The notes: generated from the sequence alone by a model not told the origin. Counted from the whole stretch's first letter, positions 35,518-49,150 are shown. The stretch is DNA of 63,685 bases, filler included, from Octopus bimaculoides (GCF_001194135.2; 13 parts of 11 records of this genome joined end to end with filler, not necessarily neighbours in it); one strand, 5' to 3'. A program made the numbers and translations.

Positions 35518-36081
35518 CTTTCCCCATCCCTTATTATTTTTTCACCTTTGTCATGATTGTCCTGAAACCTCTGCCTCTCTGTCTATTTTCCCCTCCTCTT
35601 TGCTTTTCTTTCTATCTCCTCCCCTTTTTCCAAAAAATCAAAACAATATTCTCCTCTTCAAAAACAAAGCAAAAATGCATCCGATTCATATAAATGAAGA
35701 ACGAAACCTTACCATTTTAATTTTGATCTTATCTTCGCGGTTTCAGAAAAAGAAAGAAGCGGTAATAAAGAATTATCTGACATTCTGACTGCCTCGTTTT
35801 CTCAAGATACAATATCTGTACACAACATCAAACACTCATTCTCTCTCTTTTTCTCTTCCTTTCTTTCTCTCTCTTTATATATAGATACTGCATTCGGTAC
35901 TAAATGTGTTTATTTTGGGAAGTCCAGTGTGTGGCATTATTCTGTAGTAATGCCCCTTATATAAATATAAACGAATATATATATATANNNNNNNNNNNNN
36001 NNNNNNNNNNNNNNNNNNNNNNNNNNNNNNNNNNNNNNNNNNNNNNNNNNNNNNNNNNNNNNNNNNNNTATATATTCTATC

Positions 36082-36125
<44 letters not shown>

Positions 36126-36266
36126 CATATTTTATATGTATATATATATACACATATATATATATATATACATATAATGTATATATATATATACATATAT
36201 ATATCTATATATACATACATATATATATATATACATACATACATATATATATATATACATACATAT

Positions 36267-36267
<1 letters not shown>

Positions 36268-36343
<76 letters not shown>

Positions 36344-36358
36344 CAGATAGATAGATAG
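36268..36358. repeat. (TAGA)n microsatellite within a (TA)n block
   Basis: Direct inspection. Confidence 0.95.
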
Positions 36359-36987
36359 TGAAGCTCGAAGGCATGGAATATAGTGCTTGTCTAGTATAAA
36401 AGTATAAGCCATCTACTGAATTATGCATTTAATTCCAAACATTAAATTATCATTTTTATTATGAATTAGAAATCATTGACTTTTATATCTCAAAATTAAT
36501 ATCTGGTGTTTTATTCTATGTAGTTCTATGTATTCTATAACACTGAATAACACATGTGCCTCCTATCTAGAGGGCACATGTGTGTTTGTGTGTGATTTTC
36601 ATTTCGTTAGTTAACCCACAAAGTTCGGAAATTATAAAAATATATTGTGGTTTGGGAAATATATTTGAATAGGAAGTATAGAAATATGAGCACTTCCGAA
36701 GGAACTCTGTAAAAAGTTACTCCGTTATTTCTTTATTGAAAAGAGCATTATGCTTTCATTTCATATCAATCTTAGGAGCTAAAAGCCTTTCAAATATATA
36801 GCTATTGAACATTCCTCACAAGCTTCGAGAAATGTCTGGTTTTACTATGTAGACAAAACATGATGTATAGATATCTGTAGCGGTGACTATAGTACTTATT
36901 CGATATAAAACCATGACAGTTTACGAAAGACAAGCAAGAAACCTCAGTCATTTTCATCCAACTTGCCTACGACAAATCTTCAACATG

Positions 36988-37252
36988 AAGTGTCCTTCCC
37001 TGTATATTGGTCAAACGGGACGCCACTCGGATGACCGGTTCGCGGAGCACCTGTGACATCAGACGTGGTAATCACACCTCGGCCTCGCGTCACTTCCGCT
37101 CTACCTGTCATTTGCTACAATATCTATCTATGTTCGGACTGTCTCTGCACAGGGCTCACCCAGACGCCCTCTTTCGCTATGAACAGGTATTAATCTTCTA
37201 TTTTCGTTCATTTGCACCATATTGGCTCAACTCACTACTTCTCTTCATCTGA
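36988..37252 (+). mobile_element. Penelope-like GIY-YIG endonuclease fragment, frameshifted
   Basis: KCPSLYIGQTGRHSDDRFAEHL / DIRRGNHTSASRHF...YEQVLIF...APYWLN. Confidence 0.75.
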
Positions 37253-37619
37253 CGCCAGACCCTCACGAATTCCCTCATACCTCCTACATTCAACTTCCCC
37301 CTCCACCTACACCTGCATACCACCTACCTAAGTACTCTCACCACGCACGCACCGCTATATAAACACTCATACACACTGGTCAACTCAATACTCACTTCAC
37401 ACATCATTTCACACACACCCACAAACACCTTCCCACTCCACACACACTAGCACCGAACACTTCTCAGCACCCACCCCACACACCCACACAATCTTCAATA
37501 GCATCACAACGCATACCACTATACGAGCAGCCACCCACACCCTTTAATTCAGTACACACACCACACGCCATCATGCACATTCTCACACTCACACAAGCAC
37601 ATAATATCTGAACACAATC

Positions 37620-37796
37620 AATGCTTAGCGGTATTTCGTCTGTCTTTACGTTCTGAGTTCAAATTCCGACGAGGTTGACTTTGCCTTTCATCCTTTCGGG
37701 GTCGATAAATTAAATACCAGTTGCATACTGGGGTCGATCTAATCGACTGACCCCTCCCCCAAAATTTTGGGCCTTGTGCCTAGAGAAGAAAAGAAT
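37620..37796 (+). mobile_element. SINE family B
   Basis: ATGCTTAGCGGTATTTCGTC...GAGTTCAAATTCC...GGCCTTGTGCCTAGAG. Confidence 0.9.
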
Positions 37797-38175
37797 ACAC
37801 ACACACACATACGCGCGCGCGCAACACGCATAAACACAAGCAGCACGCATACACAGACGACTTTCGCCCACAACCACACACATACATACGTGCACACTAT
37901 TTGGTCACGGACACACACACACACACACACATACATACGTGCACACACCATCTGAATAAGCTCACATCAGACGCTACACACGCACACAGACAGACATTAG
38001 CCCCACACATATACACACGTCCATACACATACTCAGACATGTACACACGTCCATACGCACACATACACGCACACACATACGTACTCAAACACTCGTCCCA
38101 TTTACAGATACACACATACACACCATTCTCACATGCATACACACGCTTGAGCACCTTAGTTCGTTATTATTGTTA

Positions 38176-38230
<55 letters not shown>

Positions 38231-38319
38231 CTCCTTTTCATTGAGCCTATTTTTTCCAATCATCTCACCATGTTGGACAGTTAATCCCTACATATTTTCT
38301 CTCTCCATTTTTTCCTCTT

Positions 38320-38450
38320 AATCCTTCAATCGAAGAACGTAGACTCGAAGCGTAAAAGACTTTTCCATTCTTCCCGAGCGTTAAACTAATCCACCTGCTC
38401 GTTGTTTCTACACCTCTCTTCGTCTTTTGTTTCTCTGTAAATTTGAACTA
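38320..38450 (+). mobile_element. Penelope pLTR-like repeat, inverted homolog of 24545-24670
   Basis: CGTAGACTCGAAGCGTAAAAGAC...CCCGAGCGTTAAACTAAT...CTTCGTCTTTTG. Confidence 0.55.
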
Positions 38451-38459
38451 TATATATAT

Positions 38460-38722
38460 ATGTTGTTTTGTTCTTTTATCTGGTTCAGTCATTTGACTGC
38501 AGCCATGCTGGAGCACCGCCTTTAGTCGAGCAAATCGACTCCAGGACATATTCTTTGTAAGCCTAGTACTTATTCTATCGGTTACTTTTACCGAACCGCT
38601 AATTTCCGGGAAAGTAAACACACGAACATCGGTTGTCAACCGATGATGTGGGGAGGACAAACACAGACACACAAACATATACATGTGGTTGGTAAGCAAG
38701 CTACTTACCACACAGCCACTCG
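38460..38722 (-). mobile_element. SINE family A with central deletion
   Basis: 3' module joined directly to head CTTACCACACAGCCACTC. Confidence 0.85.
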
Positions 38723-39076
38723 TGTATATAATGTACGTACATGTGTATATATATACGTAATATAAATATATCATATGTATATACACATATTAATAAATTT
38801 ATGTTGGAAATTCTTTCTGTAGCTGTTAGGAGATTATAATCCGGAAACAGATCTGTGAAAAAGAATCCCAGTTATTTTTCTGTTTACTCATCCATTATCT
38901 TTTACTTCTTCCAGTTATTGGACTGTGCGCAAGCTGGAGCACTTCCTTGAAGGATTTTAGCTAGACAAAACGAACCAAGTACATTTTTTAAAATCTCGCA
39001 CTTACTTCGCTCCTTTTATTTTATTTTTTTTTTCTGTTGGCCGAATCGTTCATTTGTATATATATATATACATACA

Positions 39077-39112
<36 letters not shown>

Positions 39113-40481
39113 NNNNNNNNNNNNNNNNNNNNNNNNNNNNNNNNNNNNNNNNNNNNTTAATTAATTAANNNNNNNNNNNNNNNNNNNNNNNNNNNNNNNN
39201 NNNNNNNNNNNNGTGTGTGTGTGTGTGTGTGTGTGTGTGTGCATATGTGTGTGTGTGCACACACACATACATATACACATGCATATACATACATATATAT
39301 GGGTATCTTTCCATGTATGTGTAAGTTCTTATATCTACTTGTTCCATTTCTTTATTCTTTAACAGCCTGAATGACAGTAAAATGTGGAAGTCTGTAATTT
39401 CCTTTCTAGATTGTTATCTTTAGTAAGAAGAGAAGAATACCAATTCCAAGTATGTGAAGAGACTGTAAGAGTGGAAGAGAAACAGATGTGGGTTGTGGAT
39501 TAGAAATATTAGAAAAAGAAAGCAAAGTGAAGTCTGTAGAAGAAAGTAGGTGGTGAGAGAAAGAAGGAGAGAGAGTGGGGAGAGAGAGGGGGAGGGAGAG
39601 NNNNNNNNNNNNNNNNNNNNNNNNNNNNNNNNNNNNNNNNNNNNNNNNNNNNNNNNNNNNNNNNNNNNNNNNNNNNNNNNNNNNNNNNNNNNNNNNNNNN
39701 NGATAGGGAGAGAGAGGAATTTAGCCATGGTAGCAAGTGGTAATATGGTATGATGGAAGGAAGCAAAAAAAAAAAAAATGGCTTATGACAGAACGTTTCT
39801 TAATAGTAGCAAATAAATGAATAAACACTTGCTGCACACCCATATTAGAAGGAGTCTCTACCTACTATGAAACCCTTTGGCTACTTATACAGACTATCAA
39901 AAGTTCAATGAATGGTAGTGCGTATCCTTTCCATAAGTCATCAACTGATTATTGATATGTTGATATTTAATGAAAATCTACCACTCTTTACACTATTTGC
40001 AAATTCACATTTATATGTATAGCTGCATTGTGGCATGCTATGATTATGAAGTTATCTGGGGGGAAAAAGACTATGGTTCTCAAAGAATTAAAGTGATATC
40101 ACTAAAATTTGGTAACAGTTATTTTTCTTTTTTTACATGGCACTTAATTTTCCACCCTGTCAAATCATGATAACTCTGCTGTATCAAAATCGGCATTTAG
40201 GTTATTTTTCATTCTGACAAAATTGAAAAATTACTTGGTATAAGGATGGTTGAAGAAATAAAACTTCATTCTCAAAATATCATTGGGATATCATGTGCAA
40301 ATTTCCTTGATTATATGAGGTGTGTACTTTTAATTTTTATATAATTGAACTTGAAGGCACCATGTTTCATAGGAAGCATCATGTTTGAAAAACAGCCATT
40401 GCTTTTCAACCCACTAGTTGATAGTTATTACTATCTATTATATTCATATTATATATATATATATACATATATATAAACACA

Positions 40482-40763
40482 TAAAAATTATAACAAGGGT
40501 GTTGAATGATTACAACATCAGTCTGCTAGAAATAGACTCCCAAAAGTCTATGAACCATTTAGATTATTACTCCACTTCACAAGGTTGTAAGTGAGGAAAA
40601 TAGACAGTGAGGATTTATAAAATAATTTTATAAATCCTCACTGTCTATTTCCTTCGCTTTAAACCTTGTGTAGTGGAGTAAAAATTTAAGTGGTTCATAG
40701 ACCTTTTGGGGTCTATTTTTAGCAGACTGGTGTTGTAATCATTCAACACCCTTATAATTTTTA
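40482..40763. repeat. Foldback palindrome, ~140-bp arms with 1-nt spacer at 40624
   Basis: AAGGGTGTTGAATGATTACAAC...GGATTTATAAAAT-A-ATTTTATAAATCC...GTTGTAATCATTCAACACCCTT. Confidence 0.95.
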
Positions 40764-40884
40764 ATATAAATTAACCATTATGGTATTTTTAGTATACTGG
40801 CCAATGATAAATCATTAAATAATGATTTTATCCCAATTATGTATGTATGCATGTATGTATGTATGTATGCATGTATGTACGTAC

Positions 40885-40915
<31 letters not shown>

Positions 40916-41318
40916 TATATGTATATATATATATATATATATACATATATGTTGAAACAGCCATTGCTATATGTTACAAATAATTTAAGTGTCTGTACGT
41001 GGCAAGTTTCTTTCCAAGATTGAGGCATTTTCATTTTCATTTCATTTTATCTAGTTTCAGCTCATGAGCTGTGGCCATGCTGGGGCACTGCCATAGGTAA
41101 AGTTCTTCTTTTTTTTTGATGAAGATCTTGTTATTGCTCAGTAAATTAGTCAGACACTGGAGTACCAGAAAAGACATAGCAAAGTATCCCATCTGATGCT
41201 CTAGTAATTCCACCAATCTACAGCCCTGAATCTTTAACTCCAAAAGAATGAAAGGTACAGTTAAACTTGGAGGAATTAGTACTCAATTGAGCTATAGAGA
41301 GTCAGAGCAAACATCTAA

Positions 41319-41363
<45 letters not shown>

Positions 41364-41675
41364 NNNNNNNNNNNNNNNNNNNNNNNNNNNNNNNNNNNNN
41401 NNNNNNNNNNNNNNNNNNNNNNNNNNNNNNNNNNNNNNNNNNNNNNNNNNNNNNNNNNNNNNNNNNNNNNNNNNNNNNNNNNNNNNNNNNNNNNNNNNNN
41501 NNNNNNNNNNNNNNNNNNNNNNNNNNNNNNNNNNNNNNNNNNNNNNNNNNNNNNNNNNNNNNNNNNNNNNNNNNNNNNNNNNNNNNNNNNNNNNNNNNNN
41601 NNNNNNNNNNNNNNNNNNNNNNNNNNNNNNNNNNNNNNNNNNNNNNNNNNNNNNNNNNNNNNNNNNNNNNNNNNN

Positions 41676-41738
<63 letters not shown>

Positions 41739-42367
41739 AACTAAAACTTCAATGCAAGAAGAATGATGAAAGCAGAACAAGGAAAATAATTCTTTGATAT
41801 TATTTAAAGTTTATAAGTTTTGATTGTGAACTGAAAACTTTGAATATAATGTTAATTATCAATAACATCTGTACTTAAAATAAGTCTATGCCATGCAAAG
41901 ACATGCCTAGTGAAGAAAGGAGATGGATAGAGTGTGAAAATTCAAATCAGCCAGTAAACTTTATTCTAGTTGATGTCTCTAAGGCCTTCACATTTATATA
42001 CTCTTATAATGCAAATGTGCAATGAACAGATGGTATTGTAAATATCAAACTTATTAAATTTAGATTTGTTTAAGATTGAATTTGTATTAGTGAGGGCATC
42101 TTTTTGCCTTGACTTCTGACCTATAAATTTCAAATCCATTTGTTCTGAATATAATTCTTCAAGGTTATATTTGATGCATAGTTCATAAATTNNNNNNNNN
42201 NNNNNNNNNNNNNNNNNNNNNNNNNNNNNNNNNNNTTAATTAATTAANNNNNNNNNNNNNNNNNNNNNNNNNNNNNNNNNNNNNNNNNNNNGATAGAAAG
42301 GGAATATAATGAATTTAGGGTTTTTGTTTCTGGCGCAAACATATATACACACACACATATATATATA

Positions 42368-42680
42368 GGTGCAGGAATGGCTGTGTGGTAAGTAGCTTGC
42401 TTACCAACCACATGGTTCCGGGTTCAGTCCCATTGCGTGGCACCTTGGGCAAGTGTCTGCTACTGTAGCCTCAGGATGACCAAAGCCTTGTGAATGGATT
42501 TGGTAGATGGAAACTGAAAGAAGCCCATCACACACACACACACATATATGTTTGTGTGTCTGAGTTTGTCCCCACAACATCGCTTGACAAATGACGCTGG
42601 TGTGTTTACGTCCCCCGTAACTTAGCGGTTCGGCAAAAAAGACTGACAGAACAAGTCCTGGGGGTCAATTTGCTTGACAT
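42368..42680 (+). mobile_element. SINE family A, near full length
   Basis: Head, body, (CA)n and most of the 3' module. Confidence 0.9.
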
Positions 42681-42793
42681 ATGAATAAAAATCTGTAAAT
42701 ATACAACCATCCAGACATCTGAGTACCGGATTATTATTTTTTTTTCTGATATATATTTAGCTATACACTTACCTTGTCTTTCTCATTTTGCAG

Positions 42794-42937
42794 GTGTACA
42801 ATGCGACCGTCATCTCTTCATCAGCGACATCGACCCCAGCGGAGAGCAACGCTTACAAACGGCGCCGTGGCATGATTGCACTTTTCTGTTTCGCGGGGCT
42901 CATTCTCCTTGTCATCTTCATTGTGTTCAGCCTGTGA
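42794..42937 (+). CDS. Candidate terminal coding exon (VYNATVISSSATSTPAESNAYKRRRGMIALFCFAGLILLVIFIVFSL*), a tail-anchor or GPI-signal-like C-terminus
   Basis: CACTTAC branch-like motif, polypyrimidine tract and TTTTGCAG acceptor; GC-rich island; T-rich codon position 2 gives a 21-aa hydrophobic tail after KRRR, then TGA. Confidence 0.6.
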   Translation: MYNATVISSSATSTPAESNAYKRRRGMIALFCFAGLILLVIFIVFSL

Positions 42938-43357
42938 CCACCGCTGAAGACGATAACGATTTACTTCGAACAGGCATCGATCACTGCCCCCCCCCCCACC
43001 ACCACTACCTTCGCTGCTACTGCCACCAATGCTGTCACCTCTCTCTCTCTCTGCCATCACCGCCACCAACACCAACAATCACCACTGCCTCCACCCCGAG
43101 CCGACAAAGTTACAAACTATATTTTCCTTCACCTGCATGGACACTTACAGGTGCAAAAGGTAGACGAGGACGTATTTGGTAATTTAACAAAACGACTCTG
43201 ACCAAGCAAAGACCAAGATGTCTTTTGATGCAAACTTTCTTAACGAACATTTTCTTGATGAGTTTTCTTATGAGATTATTCACTGTATCCTCCTGGAATT
43301 TCGATGACAGCAATGGTTGACAAACTGGCATCAAATCGTTCGTTATTCAGCTTGATT

Positions 43358-43578
43358 AAGGCAGCAAGCTGACAGACTAATTAGCACACCAAGCAAAATG
43401 CTTAGCGTACTTAATCTGTCTTTACGTTCCGAGTTCAAATTCCGCCAAGGTCAACTTTGCCTTTTATTCTTTCGGGGTTGATAAATTAAGTACCAGTTGC
43501 ATACTGGGGTCGATCTAATCGAGTGGCCCCTCCCCCCAAAATTTCGGGTTTTGTGCCTAGAGTGGAAAAGACTATTTT
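43358..43578 (+). mobile_element. SINE family B, full length
   Basis: AAGGCAGCAAGCTGACAG...GAGTTCAAATTCCGCC...GTGCCTAGAGTGGAAAAG. Confidence 0.9.
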
Positions 43579-43587
43579 CTTCATAAC

Positions 43588-43810
43588 GAAGCGGCGAGCT
43601 GGCCGAATCGTTAGCACGCTGGACGAAAAGCCTAGTGGTATTTCACCCATTGCTATGTTCTGAGTTCAAATTCCACTGAGGTCAACTTTGCCTTTCATCC
43701 TTTTGGGGGTCGATAAAATAAGTACCAGTTGAACACTGGGGTCGATGTAATTGACTCATCCCCCCACCTCCCTGAAGCTGCCCTTGTGGCAAAAATTTGA
43801 AATAATTATT
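43588..43810 (+). mobile_element. SINE family B, tandem copy with variant tail
   Basis: GCGGCGAGCTGGCCGAATCGTTAGC...GCCCTTGTGGCAAAAATTTGAAATAATTATT. Confidence 0.9.
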
Positions 43811-43870
43811 CAGTTTGGACATCATCTGGACAATAAGAAGGGCCTGGAAGAGATTTGAGGACGTTTTTGG

Positions 43871-44168
43871 TTAAACCCTTTAGCATTCACATTACCCTAT
43901 CAAACGTAATCCTTATTTATCCACATCAGTTTGAATTAATCATGGATTATCTCTTAGCTATCTAGTTACATAGACCCCCTACAAAAGTAATGCTTATTTA
44001 TTCACATTGTTTTGGATTAATCCTGGATTATCTCATAACTTTGCAATTTCAATGATGTGATTATTTACTGTTAAAATGACATTGTAGAGTAGGTGTGAGA
44101 AGCCAGATCTGGCCAGTTTGAATATAAAACAGGTAGGATATGGCCAGTTTAAATGCAAAAAGGGATAA
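43871..44168. mobile_element. piggyBac-type MITE
   Basis: TTAA-A-CCCTTTAGCATT ... AATGCAAAAAGGG-ATAA: degenerate CCC/GGG TIRs with TTAA-like flanks. Confidence 0.5.
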
Positions 44169-44489
44169 AACAGCTCTAATTAAGAGATATTCAAGGATGC
44201 ATTTGATATAAAACAACCGAAATTTACTAAAATATAAATGTATTTGAATAAAGATTTGTGAATATGTTTTCAATAAAACTTTATATAAGATCATTCTGTT
44301 AGTCCGTCTTCAGCTTTAGCGATTGCATCAGTACGGGACCAGAATCCTTGATTTGTTGGCACTAAATGGTCTTTGTTCATTTCGAACATCACCTGGACAA
44401 GGGCAGGTTTTCGTGAAGCTTTGGTATTGTAATAACGGGGGGATTAGTCTCCCTATAATCCTTTAGTGTCCAGATTACTTTGTAATGAT

Positions 44490-45140
44490 AGTACTTATTA
44501 ACATCACCTTACATATTCTTCAGCTGCTCAGAGGTTTTTGCAAACATTTAGATCATTTACATAAAATATAAAAATACAAAAATAAGAACTGCTATAAAAT
44601 TGTATAAAAAATATTAGGATTCTATAACATTTTGGGAAAATTCTCCTTGTCAAAGAGAAGAAACACTAGAATGGTTTGCCAATCAATAACAACATGTTTC
44701 TGTGAACAGTTTAATTATTTTACTTTCTGTTTGAAAAGGTGAATTTTTTTCCAAAATATTGTAGAATATTATAGGTTCACCATGCAATTTTTCCTTCATC
44801 TATTTGAAAAGGAGAGTCTTTCCCGAAATATACACAATGTATGAAAGAGAATGCATTGATTTTGTGTTAGTTTTCATTTACTGACATCACCTTAAATGTT
44901 TTTACTTAATTCTTCACCTGTGTTGCCGAAACACATTTTGCAAACATTTATCTCATTTACATAAAATATGAGAATAAAAATAATAATAAAAGCCAGGAAA
45001 CTTTATAAAACAAGGAGACTTAAAAATTCCATTACAACAGTTTAATATAATATCCTATAATATTTTAAGAAAAACTCCCTTTTTCAAATTAAGGAATTAC
45101 ATTAGAATGCCTGTTAATATCAACATGCTTCTGCAAACAC
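44490..45140. repeat. Diverged ~380-bp tandem duplication, AT-rich
   Basis: ACATCACCTTA...TTTGCAAACATTTA..TCATTTACATAAAATAT...CAACATG(C/T)TTCTG occurs twice. Confidence 0.6.
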
Positions 45141-45336
45141 TTTGATTAGTATGTTTTTTTNNNNNNNNNNNNNNNNNNNNNNNNNNNNNNNNNNNNNNNN
45201 NNNNTTAATTAATTAANNNNNNNNNNNNNNNNNNNNNNNNNNNNNNNNNNNNNNNNNNNNATATATATATAGATAGATAGATAGATATAGATATAGATAT
45301 ACACATACATATATATTTATATAGATATAGATATAC

Positions 45337-45399
<63 letters not shown>

Positions 45400-45462
45400 T
45401 GTATGTATGTATCTGTGTCTGTATGAAATGAGTGATGCAAAAGTAAATAAAAAAACAATTGC

Positions 45463-45501
<39 letters not shown>

Positions 45502-45666
45502 GTGTTTCAGGCGCAAAAAATCGGGCTTTTTCTGCATTATTATTAGTTTTCTTATTTGTTATTTCATTTATTATTCTGCAGAGAACTTTGCAGGGGAAAC
45601 TGAAAAACATTATTTTTGTATTGCTTATAGAAAGTTTTAAAATAACTTCAAATTTGAAATTTATGA

Positions 45667-45950
45667 AGCACAGGAGTGGCTGTGTGGTAAGAAGTTCGCT
45701 TCTCAACCACATGATTCTGGGTTGAGTCCCACTGCGTGACACCTTGCGCGAGTGTCTTCTACTATAGCCTCAGGCCGACCACATCCTTGTGACTGGATTT
45801 GGTAGACGGAAATTGAAAGAAGCCCGTCGTATATATACATATATATACATGTATGTGCGTGTATGTATTTGTGTCTCTGTGATTCTCCACACCCTCACTT
45901 GACAACATATGTTGGTAGACGGAAACTCAAAGAAGCCCGTCGTATGTTTT

Positions 45951-46012
<62 letters not shown>

Positions 46013-46225
46013 TGTGTGTGTATATGTTTGTGTGTCTGTGTCCTCCCAACATCTCTTGACAACAGATGGTGGTGTGTTTACGTCCCTGTAACTTAGCGGT
46101 TCGGCAAAAGAGACCGATAGAATAAGTACTAGGCTTACAGTGAATATTCCCGGGGTCGATTTGTCCGAGTAAAAGGTGATGCTGCAGCATGACCGCAGTC
46201 AAGTGACTGAAACAAGTAAAAAAAT
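45667..46225 (+). mobile_element. Full-length SINE family A with internal duplication of TGGTAGACGGAAA...GAAGCCCGTCGTAT
   Basis: Duplicated at ~45800-45830 and ~45912-45945. Confidence 0.9.
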
Positions 46226-46874
46226 TAAAAAGACTGGCTAGCTCTTGCTTACCTCGGCTAATTAAGCATACCAGTGCGCAAGAAACTTTTAAAAAACACG
46301 GTTTTCAAGACGCCTAAGCATTTGTGTGTATTTTTCTCAAACCCTAAATTATAACTTTAAAAATCTGCGGCACATGTGGCACAATTGCGACGCACCATTT
46401 GAGAAGCATTGCACCAGGGAATATTAAAGATTCCGTGTGGGTGAAACCTGTTTCACCATTAGCAAAAAAGTTTGTAAGATTTTTAGTAACAGAAAGAATA
46501 TGTTAGTAAGTTAACGATGGTGCCTCGAAGCATTAGCTTAATCTACTAGAAAAGGTAGCTAGGTAACTTTCTAATCACATCTTACAGTTGTACATGTATA
46601 AAGCAATGGGATGTCACATTCGCCTTTTTGATCCTGGAATAGACATTGCTGGAAGAATCTTGCCTCACAGTTTTATTCAATAACGGCTGACCTGGGGCTA
46701 TAACAACGATAACATCAGCATCAACAATTTGTTGTGAGTAAGCTAAGCAGGAACATGTGCATGGTGGGTTGACTCGGTAGAAATAGCAGCTAAACCGCCC
46801 ATAAATCAAATCCTTAAAACCATTTCATAAATGGAATGGCACCGTAGATAATGAAAATTCTACATGAACGTAAT

Positions 46875-47066
46875 GTCTTCTTTATCTACTTGTTTTAGTC
46901 ATTGGACAGAGGCCATGCTGGGGCACCACCTTGACAGATCTTAGTCGAACAAATCAACCCCAGGACTTAGTTTAAAGTCTGGTTCTTATCCTACTAGTTT
47001 CCTTCACCGAATTTCTAAGTTACAGGGATGTAAACAAACTAACACCGGTTGTCAAGCGGTGGAAAG

Positions 47067-47112
<46 letters not shown>

Positions 47113-47270
47113 CGACAGGCTTTCACACAATTTCCGTCTACCAAATCCACTTACAAGGCATTGATCGGCCCGGGACCAAGGTAGAAATCATTTATCCAAA
47201 GTGCCGCGCAGTAGAATTGAACCACATACCACGTGGCTGCAAAGCGAGCCCATAAACCACACAGCCATGT
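46875..47270 (-). mobile_element. Full-length SINE family A, older variant
   Basis: 3' module, (CA)n, TTCCGTCTACCAAATCCAC, ACCACACAGCCA. Confidence 0.85.
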
Positions 47271-48489
47271 AAATATACCCTAGATATGTCAAATATAATA
47301 TGCTACGTATTATATTTGCTGAGATAGTCACGGCTGGAACGCCTTTGCTCACAGGTGTGCTCGGTAGTGTTAAACAACAGCAGCAGCAGCAACAACAACA
47401 ACAATGTACATAAATTAAGAATGCGGGAGACATAAACCGAATTCTGGTGTTTAACTGAGTTAATGGAACGAGGTTCAGAGAGCGTCCCTGCTGTGATTGA
47501 GCATCGGGTCTGGAACGCTCTTGTTAATCATGCATACTAATAGAAACGTGCGTGCGTGCATGTGTGTGTGTGTGTGTGTGTATACATGTGCGTATAATGA
47601 AACACTCACACAGCACGTATATTTATGTAAGTGGAGATATATAATCTTCGCCCTCTGTAGTTTAACCTAAATATTATTAGGTTTAAACATATACATACAT
47701 ACGTACGTACGTACGTACGTACGTATGTATGTATGTATGTATGTATGTATGTATGTATGAATGCATGTATGTGTGTATACATATGTGTGTACATATGAAT
47801 GTACATATGTATGTACAAATATATATATGTATATATATGTTTACAAATATATATAAATATATACATGTGTGTGTGTATGTGTGTGTGTGTGTTGAGCTAA
47901 CGTATTGAGACAGCGTGTGCTAGGATAAATTGTAAATGAGTAAACATACGTACGTTTAATAAGCATGCATTTAGCCACGCTGTTTGAATAGACCTTGCTG
48001 TTAAGCCGAAAGTCTGTCTCTCTGCAGAATGGACTGAAGTAAAACTTCGACTACTTTCGTCTGTTTATCGTCGGCTTACCATGAGTGTCTATTTCGTTCG
48101 TTTTATAAAGAAAGAAAGCGGCTTAAAGCTTCTTATAAAATGCTCTGGTTAAGAGGTATCGATTTTACTCATTCGTATATTAGATTCATTAGAGACGCAA
48201 ATTAGAAACAGCTAAAGAGTGGAAATAGTCCGTGTGTAAATTTACATGGCTTCTCTTGATAGACTGAAAGTGATCCATCAGTGGGTCATAGGTTTGGCCA
48301 ATTCTAATTGGTTTAGAACACTGAGATTGTGGGTGCGTTGTTGTCTTTTAGGTAATGTTGCTATTGTTGGTTTCAGCTATTGTGGTATAGAGAAAAGAAC
48401 TCAGATTTGGCAATCGAGTGTCAAAGGTAGATAACCTGTAACGTTTATGATTTGTGGACCGATATCTATGTGCAAGTTCTATGGGTACT

Positions 48490-48690
48490 TCGGTCAAGGA
48501 GAAGTTGTCCGAAAGGAATGGTCTCAAGTCATGGCAGATAAAACAGTACTACTGACCTCCTGCTCATATTTTCGTGGGAAGTTTTACGATATGAATTGTA
48601 TCAGTTAAACATAGACTACACCTTCTTGTACCGTCGTTATGTGGCTGGCTCTGAACATGATATTCCAGGATATTGAGTCACGCCCAGATG
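48490..48690 (-). mobile_element. Decayed Penelope (Poseidon-like) GIY-YIG C-terminus
   Basis: QPHNDGTRRCSLCLTDTIHIVK...CHDLRPFLSDNF resembles PY..G.RRCNLCLTEK...CRH...FLLSNF. Confidence 0.45.
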
Positions 48691-48767
48691 TCCCATTTGC
48701 TCAGTTTATAAAACCACATTGACTCTTTTCTCTCCACAATAAAACATGTTTAGCAAAAATACATGAA

Positions 48768-48936
48768 TAGGCGCAGACGTCTCGCTATGTGGCAAGAAGT
48801 TTGCTTCCCAACTATATGGTTCCGGGTTCAGTCCTACTGCATGGCACTTTGGGCAAGTGTTTTCTACTATAGCCTCGGGCCGACCAGAGCGTTGTGAAGG
48901 GATTTGGTAGGCAGAAACTGAAAGAAACCTGTTCAT

Positions 48937-48974
<38 letters not shown>

Positions 48975-49150
48975 CGTATGCATTTGTGTCTGTTTTCCCC
49001 TATCGCCGCTTGACAACCGGTGTTGGTGTATTTACGTTCCAGTGACTTTAAAAGAACTAAGTACTGGGGTCGATTCCTTCGACTAAAAATTCTTCGTGGC
49101 GGTGCCCCAGCATGGCCGCAGTCTAATGACTAAAACAAGTAAGAGATAGA
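48768..49150 (+). mobile_element. SINE family A, near full length
   Basis: Head, body, (GT)n and 3' module with small deletion. Confidence 0.85.

Noticed and set aside
46370-46412. hAT-like terminus (GCACCATTTGAGAAGCATTG)
   Set aside because: Single degenerate end with no partner TIR
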